Shown here piece by piece: positions 56,744-64,000 of a DNA stretch of 64,000 nucleotides. Positions within the stretch are counted from its first letter, which is position 1. Each line of letters begins with the position of its first letter. The notes below the pieces were generated by a model that was not told the origin of the DNA, did not search any database, and saw nothing but the letters and a program-made list of their open reading frames with translations. The translations under genes and the position numbers were made by a program. Source of the DNA: Patescibacteria group bacterium (GTDB lineage Bacteria > Patescibacteriota > Minisyncoccia > Phycocordibacterales > CSBR16-119); contig JBPOJJ010000001.1 of the NCBI GenBank assembly GCA_052033715.1, positions 1,331 to 65,330 of the forward strand, read 5' to 3'.

Positions 56744-57736
56744 CTATAGCGAGAAGTTACTGATGTTATAGAGATCGGCATCTTCTTCGGATTTTTTCTT
56801 CTCGGAGTCGTCACGATCATCCAACATCTCAACCTCTTCGGATTTTTCTTCTGGATAAACTACCGGCGTCTCAACATTTGCAAATTTTTCATCATGTAAA
56901 GAAATACCTTTGGACTGGAGAGCCTGAATAAGGGAATCTAAATCTTCTTTGGAGAAAAAGTCGATGGTAAGCTTCCCGCCGAAATCTTTCTTGTCAATTC
57001 GCACCCGAGTCCCGAGCGTCTCGCCAAGTTTTGTTTCGATTTCTTCCATTTCTGGATCCGGTAGAAGTTCGTGCTTCCTGACCTTGTCTTTGGCAATACC
57101 GCGTGCGATACGTTCAGCCTCACGCACCGTCATTTTCTTGAACACAATTTCTTTGAATAGAACCGACTGTTCGTCTGCGCGGTCGTTTAACATAAGAAGT
57201 GGTCGAGTGTGACCTTCGTTAATTTTTCCAGCCGACAATGCATCGATTATTTCCTGGGGCATCTGTAACATGCGCAAACTGTTCGAAACATATTCTCGCG
57301 ATTTTCCAACTTTCCTCCCGATTTCAGCATGAGAGAAATTGAATTCGGTGGCAAGTCGAAGAAACGCCCGCGCACGATCAATCGGGCTCAGGTCTTCCCT
57401 CTGCAAGTTCTCGATGATCGCGAGTTCGAGCTTCATCATCGGGTTTTCTTCTTTCCTGATGACGGCTGGGACCTGTGATAGGCCAGCTAAGCGTGAGGCT
57501 CGGAGACGTCGTTCACCAGCAATAAGTTCGTAATTTACGTTAAATCCCCCGTCTTCGTTTTGAACTTCGATGCGAGAAACGACGAGCGGCTGCAGTACGC
57601 CGTATTGGCGGATAGATTCGGCCAAGTCTTTCAAACGCGCTTCGTCAAAGTCCCGTCGTGGCTGATACGGGTTTGGAACGATTTTATGGGTATCGATAAA
57701 AAATATAGAATCTCCGGCAATTTCGTTATTTGGCAT
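56744..57736 (-). CDS. parB: Chromosome partitioning protein ParB
   Basis: NPYQPRRDF, GVLQP, LIAGERRLRA, IENLQREDL. Confidence 0.95.
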   Translation of the reverse strand: MPNNEIAGDSIFFIDTHKIVPNPYQPRRDFDEARLKDLAESIRQYGVLQPLVVSRIEVQNEDGGFNVNYELIAGERRLRASRLAGLSQVPAVIRKEENPMMKLELAIIENLQREDLSPIDRARAFLRLATEFNFSHAEIGRKVGKSREYVSNSLRMLQMPQEIIDALSAGKINEGHTRPLLMLNDRADEQSVLFKEIVFKKMTVREAERIARGIAKDKVRKHELLPDPEMEEIETKLGETLGTRVRIDKKDFGGKLTIDFFSKEDLDSLIQALQSKGISLHDEKFANVETPVVYPEEKSEEVEMLDDRDDSEKKKSEEDADLYNISNFSL

Positions 57737-57831
57737 GGAGATATTTTAGCATATCAAAAACAAATATGATTTTTACAGTCTTGTGAATTAACTAAATTGA
57801 CTTATTTTATGGGTAGTGATATCTTATTTTT

Positions 57832-57968
57832 ACTGGTCCATTACAAGGCACCATCAGGCGCAAAGGCGCCGCAAAAAGGAGCCTCGCCGCCCCGTAAGAC
57901 GGCGGTGAACCATATCGATCGGACCCGATCGATGAAGCCCGCCCCGTGAGGCGGGCTTCGATCTTTTT
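57832..57968 (+). ncRNA. Candidate small structured RNA
   Basis: TTGACT-17-TATCTT at 57797-57825, three hairpins, terminator plus U tract, no ORF. Confidence 0.5.
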
Positions 57969-58027
57969 TAAAAGAGATTTTCACGGTTGTTTTTTATAGA
58001 AAGCTCGAGTAAAATCATTGGACACTT

Positions 58028-58109
58028 GCCGGAGTGGCGGAATTGGTAGACGCGCACGACTCAAAATCGTGTCTCGCAAGGGGTGGAGGTTCGATTCCTC
58101 TCTCCGGCA
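58028..58109 (+). tRNA. tRNA-Leu (CAA)
   Basis: GCCGGAGTGGCGGAATTGGTAGACGC...CACGA-CTCAAAA-TCGTG, variable arm, GGTTCGATTCC. Confidence 0.96.
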
Positions 58110-58110
58110 C

Positions 58111-58342
58111 AAAACGAGCGAAGCCGACCCCCAGGGGGCCGGCTTCTGTTCTTTGATGGGTGTCGAGTTAATCCACTCGCTTACGGGATAAGTGGTTCCT
58201 TTTTCAGTTTACATCTCTTCGATGTATTTCAAGCAGGTCTTGGCCGAATGGCGTTGTGGACCTAGTTGGAATGGTGGTGTACTGAATAAAGTCGCTTGCG
58301 ATCACCCATGAGGCACCCTTACTTGGGGCCATGCGTTATTCG
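58111..58342 (-). other. Small transcription unit: ncRNA or 42-aa peptide gene (58204-58332)
   Basis: TTGACA-16-TAATAT at 58349-58376; several hairpins; terminator 58111-58146. Confidence 0.45.
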
Positions 58343-58391
58343 TTTAATATATTACTCACCCACAAAAATTTGTCAAGCACGTTTAAAATAC

Positions 58392-58653
58392 AAAAAGGAA
58401 GGGCGGGTCCATAGAGAACCCGCCCAGCACCTTGTCCACAAGAAACATCTGTCCTTGTGGCTTGCGCAAAACATCTCTGGTCCAAACAGGAGAAGAACTT
58501 CCCGGCCGGAAAAGCCTCCTCAGTCTCCAGCTCGTGTAACCGAGCCCTCACTTTTCTGCTATGAGACGGACCTTTGGTGGGTATCTAATCCATCCGCGAT
58601 GTTTAGACGATCACTTGCGTGTCGCCTTATTGCGCTAAACGGTCAAAGAACGT
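58392..58653 (-). ncRNA. Candidate ~260-nt multi-stem ncRNA
   Basis: TTGACA-16-TAATAT at 58661-58688; many stems including a GCAA tetraloop; terminator GGGCGGGTT...GACCCGCCC plus U tract. Confidence 0.55.
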
Positions 58654-58711
58654 ATATATAATATTAGACACTTTCATATTTATGTCAATTGGTTATAATC
58701 GTCGAACTAGT

Positions 58712-59551
58712 ATGAAAAACCTGCCAAAAATCTACGTCGTCTGCGGCCCAACGGCGACCGGTAAATCTGACCACGCCGTGGAACTGGCTTTAAAGCTTGA
58801 TGGCGAGGTTATTTCGGCTGACTCCAGACAGATTTATCGTGGGATGGATTTGGGCACGGGGAAAATTACCTATGAGGAAATGAAAGGGGTTCCGCATCAC
58901 CTGCTCGATATCCGTGATCCAAACGATGATTTTTCTGTCGAGGAATTTCAGAAATTATGTTTTGAAAAAATTAAGGAAATCCTCGCTCGCGGAAAAACTC
59001 CAATCATTTGTGGAGGTACGGGATTCTATATCCAATCAGTTATAGACAATGTCATTTTCCAAGACATTCCGAAAAACAAATCACTTCGCAAAGAATTGGA
59101 AGAAAAAAGTATTGACGAACTAAAAGAAATTTTGGCCCAAATTCCAAAAGAAGAGGGCGTAAAAATCGACATCGAAAACAAGCGCCGCGTTATCCGCGCC
59201 ATCGAGATCGGTAAATTCCTCGGCAAACTTGTTTGTCTACAAAAAGGCCCGCAAAAATATAATTTTGAAATAATCTATCTAGACAAACCAGACGAGGAAT
59301 TAAAAGAAAGAATTACAAAAAGGCTGGAAGCAAGGTTGAAAGCTGGAATGGTCATAGAAGTGCAAAAGCTTCACGATGATGGTATATCTTGGGAACGACT
59401 CGAGAACTTTGGTCTCGAATACAAGCACATCGCCGAATTTTTGCAGAATAAAATTACTGAATCGGAAATGATCGAAATATTAAAACTAAAAATTTGGCAA
59501 TATGCCAAACGCCAAAGGACATGGTTCAAGAAATATTGTAAAAAAAATTAG
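58712..59551 (+). CDS. miaA: tRNA dimethylallyltransferase
   Basis: GPTATGKS, SADSRQIYRGMDLGTGK, GGTGFY, YAKRQRTWF. Confidence 0.97.
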   Translation: MKNLPKIYVVCGPTATGKSDHAVELALKLDGEVISADSRQIYRGMDLGTGKITYEEMKGVPHHLLDIRDPNDDFSVEEFQKLCFEKIKEILARGKTPIICGGTGFYIQSVIDNVIFQDIPKNKSLRKELEEKSIDELKEILAQIPKEEGVKIDIENKRRVIRAIEIGKFLGKLVCLQKGPQKYNFEIIYLDKPDEELKERITKRLEARLKAGMVIEVQKLHDDGISWERLENFGLEYKHIAEFLQNKITESEMIEILKLKIWQYAKRQRTWFKKYCKKN

Positions 59552-60174
59552 TTGGACTTAAGACCACTACAACTTTTTGAAGACCAAAGACCGACACCGC
59601 TGTTTTTTGCTTTCGCCTGAATTTCCTTATAGACTGCCTGCTTCTCGTACGGTTTAATGTAAGTATATTCGTAGGCATAGCCGAAACTTATGATTACTTC
59701 CCCATAATCCCGTCCATCAACAAGTGTGACGTAGCGCAAAAGCCTTTGGTACCTATCTCGCTCATCCTGCGTCGGATCAATGACAAGAGCAACCTTCTGT
59801 CCGACCAGGGTTTTCTTGGCGAACTCCGAGGCTTCCCTGCCGAAACATTCGACGTCTTTGCGCGGATCGACTGTCTCGGGAGTGTTGATACCAATGACGC
59901 GAACAGTTTCTTCTTCCCCATTGATCATCACCTTGAAAGTATCGCCGTCGACAACGCGAGTGACGACATATTCTTCGCTGACTGTTCTAACAGGCTCTCC
60001 TTCTTCCTCTAACTCCACAACAACGGCTGTTTGGCCTTCCAATACTTCGGTTTCTATGATTTTAGATATTTCCTCGACATCTTTGGCCTCCTTTATCCCA
60101 CTGTTTATAAGGAGAAATATGACGATGGGCCCGATCAAATACCAAGACTTTTTCAAGTAATTTTTCACCCCCAT
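59548..60174 (-). CDS. Membrane-anchored thermonuclease (SNase-like)
   Basis: RVVDGDT, VRVIGINTPE, DRYQRLLRYV, GLW. Confidence 0.92.
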   Translation of the reverse strand: MGVKNYLKKSWYLIGPIVIFLLINSGIKEAKDVEEISKIIETEVLEGQTAVVVELEEEGEPVRTVSEEYVVTRVVDGDTFKVMINGEEETVRVIGINTPETVDPRKDVECFGREASEFAKKTLVGQKVALVIDPTQDERDRYQRLLRYVTLVDGRDYGEVIISFGYAYEYTYIKPYEKQAVYKEIQAKAKNSGVGLWSSKSCSGLKSN

Positions 60175-60210
60175 ATTTTAGCAAATCAAATCATGAAAAA
60201 ACGAAGGAGC

Positions 60211-60801
60211 CTACGTGAGTAGGCTCCTGACTTCGTCGACGTGCTCAAGCGCGTCATAGAACTGCACCGGCTTGAGACCTGCTTGAACGCGATCTTCGCT
60301 CAGAATCTTGTACTCGATCTGGGCGCCGATAGAGCCCTGCCAGTCCGGCATCCGCCAGACCGCTTCGAGCTTCTCATGCATCATGATCGGACGATAGAAA
60401 TACTTGAAGAGATCTCTGTAGAAGGCCTCTTCGTTGTGCTTCCGATCATAGTAAGTATCGGCAAGCCGTTTGATGTCCGTCTCGAACAGAAGCTGGAAGA
60501 ACACGGTCGCCGGTCCGGGTAGGCCACCCTTGCGTATCCGAAAATAGACACGCCGGAAAATCTCGAAATTCTGATCGACACTCCGTCTGGGGTTACCAGT
60601 TGTCATTGGACCAATTCCGATACAGAACGGCCCGTCAATCCCCCAAATATGTCGCTGGGCTACGCCACCGAGCATGTCCAAGTTCTGGGATCTCATCATT
60701 GCAACAATGTGCTCTGATTTGAAGCCAAAACTGGTCAGGGCATCGAGAATGAATATCCTCTGGCGATGTCTGGGCTCTCTTTGCAAATCGCTGTGTCTCA
60801 T
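60211..60801 (-). CDS. DUF4406/nucleoside deoxyribosyltransferase-like protein (orphan cassette N)
   Basis: GPMTTG...NF..F, MPDWQGSIGAQIE; TTGCTT-16-TACATT at 60830-60857; leader AAACCAACGAACC; terminator 60196-60228. Confidence 0.65.
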   Translation of the reverse strand: MRHSDLQREPRHRQRIFILDALTSFGFKSEHIVAMMRSQNLDMLGGVAQRHIWGIDGPFCIGIGPMTTGNPRRSVDQNFEIFRRVYFRIRKGGLPGPATVFFQLLFETDIKRLADTYYDRKHNEEAFYRDLFKYFYRPIMMHEKLEAVWRMPDWQGSIGAQIEYKILSEDRVQAGLKPVQFYDALEHVDEVRSLLT

Positions 60802-60995
60802 ATGGAAGGTTCGTTGGTTTGCTGGAGACAATGTAACAGAAAAATGAACAAAAGCAAAACCCCTACACGAGACTGCCTCGACTGGAAATTTAGCTCGAAA
60901 TGTTATACTATTTTGTAATTCGCTCTTTGTAGAATTTATAGGGCGGCAACCTCACGGTTACCGCTAACGGCCTCGCGAATCTCGCGGGGCCAGTT

Positions 60996-61066
60996 GGGCG
61001 ATTAGTTAAGTGGTATAACTTCGGTCTCCAAAACCGATGTCGTGGGTTCGATTCCCCCATCGCCCG
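60996..61066 (+). tRNA. tRNA-Trp (CCA)
   Basis: GGGCGATTAGTTAAGTGGTATAAC...TCGGT-CTCCAAA-ACCGA...GGTTCGATTCC...ATCGCCCG. Confidence 0.95.
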
Positions 61067-61153
61067 CCTTTAACAGGTAGCACGAGATGCTTTAGTTTGT
61101 AAGTGTTTTTATTAAGTCAAAAATTGACCCACTTGAGACATCCGAACTTTGCA

Positions 61154-61197
61154 TAAATACTAAAAAGAGTGACAATTGTCACTCTTTTTAGTATTTA
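61154..61197. repeat. Perfect 44-bp palindrome (probable nirK terminator)
   Basis: TAAATACTAAAAAGAGTGACAA-TTGTCACTCTTTTTAGTATTTA, no spacer. Confidence 0.8.
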
Positions 61198-61198
61198 A

Positions 61199-62443
61199 TT
61201 AATGCATTTCCATGTCTTCTGACATATTTGTTTTAGTTTCAATTTTTTTAAATATCTCTGGGTTTTCATCCCCCGTTACTTCAAGTACTGCCCACGCACC
61301 TTTGTTCATCCTTGCAAGTGCGTGATCTACAAGTAAATATTTACCGGGAACATCAACAGTGAATTCTACAATACTCGCTCCACCAGGAAGTACAGCGGTT
61401 GCTTGTGTATTGTGTTCCATCGCACCACCTATACTTGCATTTGGATACACGGTATCAAAAATCTCACCAATTACATGGAAAGAAGAGATCAGATTTACTC
61501 CACCATTACCGACATACATACGAATTCTATCTCCCACTTTTGCTTGCATTCGTGGTGTTGTTTCAATGCGGCCATTGAAAGTTACATAATTGGGCTGTCC
61601 GTCCAAGAGTGCATCAGGGTCAAATGGTACCAGTCCTTTTTTCCCAAGTTGCCCCATAGTGTATAGCTCTCCTTGCATAACATAAAATTCTTTATCAACT
61701 TCTGTTAAACCTTCTTTTGGATCAACTAAAATCATTCCGTATTGGCCATGAGAATTATGTGTCGAAACATTTGGCATTGCGCAGTGATAAATATAAAGCC
61801 CTGGTGCAAGTGCTTTCCATCTAAATGTTTTTGTTTCTCCAGGTGATACATGAGTAACTGACGCTCCGCCTCCTGGGCCTGTAACTGCATGCAGATCTAT
61901 ATTGTGGTCATGTAGACTTGACGGGTCATTTGTCAGCGTTAATTCTACCGTGTCCCCCTCGCGTATACGAAGCATCGGACCAGGAACTTGTTTATTATAT
62001 GTCCAGTAGTTAAAATAAATTCCTGGAGACACCTCCGAAATTACTTCCTGTGCAGTCAGACTAATACGCACAATACCGTCTGCGTCAGGTGCTTGTGGTT
62101 TTTCTGGAACAACTGTCGGATCTGCACCAATATCTGCGACTTTATCGAAACGATTTTCATATCTCAAAAAATCTATAATTTTAGCAAATGGGATAGATGG
62201 AGGGAGTCCACCTGGAGCATGTGAATGTACAAATGCTGGCATTGCAAAATCAGGAGGATAAGTTTTGTTTGCCACGAGTCCTGTGAAAAAAGCAATCACA
62301 ATTAGGGACACTGGAACGAAAAGCCATTTTTGCTTAAAAATTGAATGGAAATGCCCTTGTTTCCATACATACCGCACAAGTATGACAAAGGCTATAAAAC
62401 CTACTATTCCAGATATCATTTCAAAAATAAGGTATTTGAACAT
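61199..62443 (-). CDS. nirK: Copper-containing nitrite reductase with N-terminal TM helices
   Basis: VPGPMLR, HNIDLHA, YHCA...H..G, SSFHVIGEIFD, LVDH. Confidence 0.92.
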   Translation of the reverse strand: MFKYLIFEMISGIVGFIAFVILVRYVWKQGHFHSIFKQKWLFVPVSLIVIAFFTGLVANKTYPPDFAMPAFVHSHAPGGLPPSIPFAKIIDFLRYENRFDKVADIGADPTVVPEKPQAPDADGIVRISLTAQEVISEVSPGIYFNYWTYNKQVPGPMLRIREGDTVELTLTNDPSSLHDHNIDLHAVTGPGGGASVTHVSPGETKTFRWKALAPGLYIYHCAMPNVSTHNSHGQYGMILVDPKEGLTEVDKEFYVMQGELYTMGQLGKKGLVPFDPDALLDGQPNYVTFNGRIETTPRMQAKVGDRIRMYVGNGGVNLISSFHVIGEIFDTVYPNASIGGAMEHNTQATAVLPGGASIVEFTVDVPGKYLLVDHALARMNKGAWAVLEVTGDENPEIFKKIETKTNMSEDMEMH

Positions 62444-62455
62444 AAAGATTGGTGA

Positions 62456-62833
62456 TTATTTTGTAAAAGGTTTTTGAAAATTTTTATAGTTCAATTTGTT
62501 AAAAATTCCCGAGTAAATTTTTGTAAATACATGAGCCAGTTCATGCTTTATCAAATGAAAATACTCATCTTGAGAATATGTATGACAGCTCTCTTTTTCA
62601 TAAGAATCTTTATCTAGAATAAAAACATCTGTATTATTAACCCAACCAACTACCCAGTCCTGTGTTTTTTGCCCCATTAATGCATCAACTGATTTCCGAT
62701 TTTTAACAAGAAAGATTTTTGGCCTGTTCCTTTTCAAATTCAATCCAAAAAAAACGCCGAGTTCTCCTATAGATCTGTTATAAAATCTCTCCAGGAGTTT
62801 TTCATCACGAGACTGAACAGTAAATAATACCAT
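62456..62833 (-). CDS. HExxH protein, probably a truncated zincin peptidase
   Basis: WVVGW, IKHELAH, ends shortly after the motif. Confidence 0.5.
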   Translation of the reverse strand: MVLFTVQSRDEKLLERFYNRSIGELGVFFGLNLKRNRPKIFLVKNRKSVDALMGQKTQDWVVGWVNNTDVFILDKDSYEKESCHTYSQDEYFHLIKHELAHVFTKIYSGIFNKLNYKNFQKPFTK

Positions 62834-62858
62834 AGTGCTATTATACACGGAATTCTGT

Positions 62859-63998
62859 CTAGAGTCCTGGTTCTTCTATTCGCAAGCCAACATTCGATAC
62901 TGCTGATGGTGTATTCGCCTTGATTCTTTTTACCACCTCAAATGTATATGCGTCATACACCATAACCTCTCCACCTTCTTGGGAAACAACATACACAAAT
63001 TTTCCATCGTAGGTGAACTCTGGGTGCCATGAATTTTTTCCTTCCACAGGAAATAATGTCTTCACTATTTTATTTACACGAGCATCTATAACATAGATTT
63101 CATCTTTATGTTCACCAAAGGCAGTGTCGGCCCACACATAGGGATACTCTGGGTTTTTAGAATAACTACGAACGAAAAGACCTGGTCCGCCAGTTTTAAT
63201 ACTTGCAATCGGTTTCCATGTAGTCATGTCTATTGCAGTAATGAGACCTTCCTCGAGAGCTGGTATATATGTTGTGTTTTTCCATACTGCACCTGGCCCC
63301 GTGTGAGGTAATTTGCCAGTTGGAACTTCTCCGAAAACTTTCCATGTTTGAGTATTCAATACCCACACAGAATTCGCTCCTTGTGCTGCGACGACAAAAA
63401 ATTTCCCGTCAGGAGTTAGGAAGCCATCATGGAGCGGTGCTTTATTATTACCAATATTCGGATATTTATTTTTTACAACCCATTTTTTATCTGCATTCTG
63501 CTCGATGACCCATACACTGTTTACATCCTTGAGTGCGATGATAAAATCATGTTCTGATTCCACAACAACACCGACACGAGATCCAGTAATTTCATTGTCT
63601 ATTTCACCAGAAGTCTTGATGGTTTCAACAACAAGCATTGTTTCTGTATCTACTATTACCACATTATGTGGTTCATAATTACCAATAGCTAAAAATTTAT
63701 CATCATCAGTAAGTGCTGTTCCACGAGAATTTTCACCTACACGAATAGAGATAACTGGATCCAGTGTCGTAATATCAATCTTACTAAGCCATCCATCTCG
63801 AGAGATGATGTACATGTATTTTTTATCAGAAGAAAACACTGATGTGTGAGGTTGAAATCCTATGTCGTGTATCCGACCGATTTCTGTATGAGTTTTTCCA
63901 TCTATAAAAAGAAGTTTTTCTGCATCTTTTTCTACCACTACCATTAATTCATCTGGATTCCATGACATACTTGGCACATATAATTCTTTTTTAGGATT
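62859..63998 (-). CDS. Cytochrome d1 heme-domain beta-propeller (NirS/NirN-like), 5' end outside window
   Basis: FQPH, SRDGWLSKID, LHDGFLTPDG, LPHTGPG, GPGLFVRS, HPEFTYDG; frame open to the window edge. Confidence 0.8.
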   Translation of the reverse strand, partial: NPKKELYVPSMSWNPDELMVVVEKDAEKLLFIDGKTHTEIGRIHDIGFQPHTSVFSSDKKYMYIISRDGWLSKIDITTLDPVISIRVGENSRGTALTDDDKFLAIGNYEPHNVVIVDTETMLVVETIKTSGEIDNEITGSRVGVVVESEHDFIIALKDVNSVWVIEQNADKKWVVKNKYPNIGNNKAPLHDGFLTPDGKFFVVAAQGANSVWVLNTQTWKVFGEVPTGKLPHTGPGAVWKNTTYIPALEEGLITAIDMTTWKPIASIKTGGPGLFVRSYSKNPEYPYVWADTAFGEHKDEIYVIDARVNKIVKTLFPVEGKNSWHPEFTYDGKFVYVVSQEGGEVMVYDAYTFEVVKRIKANTPSAVSNVGLRIEEPGL

Positions 63999-64000
63999 AA

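Noticed and set aside
58392-58653. rRNA fragment, RNase P, tmRNA or SRP RNA
   Set aside because: Only a 13-nt 16S match; no GAGGAAAGTCC, no tRNA-like ends, no SRP loop motif.
58296-58661. 121-aa plus and 71-aa minus ORFs over the RNA candidates
   Set aside because: Non-ATG starts, they cross terminator or promoter boundaries, and have no protein-like features.
2487-60857. Integron or IS explanation for the cassettes
   Set aside because: No intI, attC-like sites, transposase, shared terminal repeats or target duplications seen; cassettes are dispersed and carry their own promoters.

Overview
This is a gene-dense chromosomal segment of a small-genome bacterium, most likely Patescibacteria/CPR (Parcubacteria-like). 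That assignment is inferred from reduced AlaRS/ValRS/PriA/L13, a PaaX/Cas2-like regulator, CPR-type hypotheticals and no obvious Shine-Dalgarno sites; genetic code 11. The core content is dnaK-grpE, the infA-rpmJ-rpsM-rpsK-rpsD-rpoA-rplQ-rplM-rpsI operon, alaS, mnmA, mltG, rseP, frr, holB, mreB, murA-B-E-D-C-F, a degenerate priA, rpsU-ybeY-ftsA-ftsZ, trxB, tsaD, valS, lepA, rel, parB, miaA and six tRNAs. Accessory content: (1) about 12 stand-alone orphan-gene cassettes placed singly between core genes, each with a sigma70 promoter, an A/C-rich leader and a GC-rich terminator; (2) four promoter-to-terminator units with no convincing ORF that look like structured ncRNAs, three of them around tRNA-Leu; (3) a crtE-crtB-crtI plus lycopene-elongase-like carotenoid cluster; (4) an AT-rich region after tRNA-Trp with a Cu nitrite reductase (Met-to-Gln axial ligand) and a cytochrome d1-type propeller; (5) an ECF sigma operon with a duplicated promoter motif; (6) MITE/REP-like palindromes, two in frame inside priA. 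All calls were made by eye from motifs; no searches or folding programs were run.
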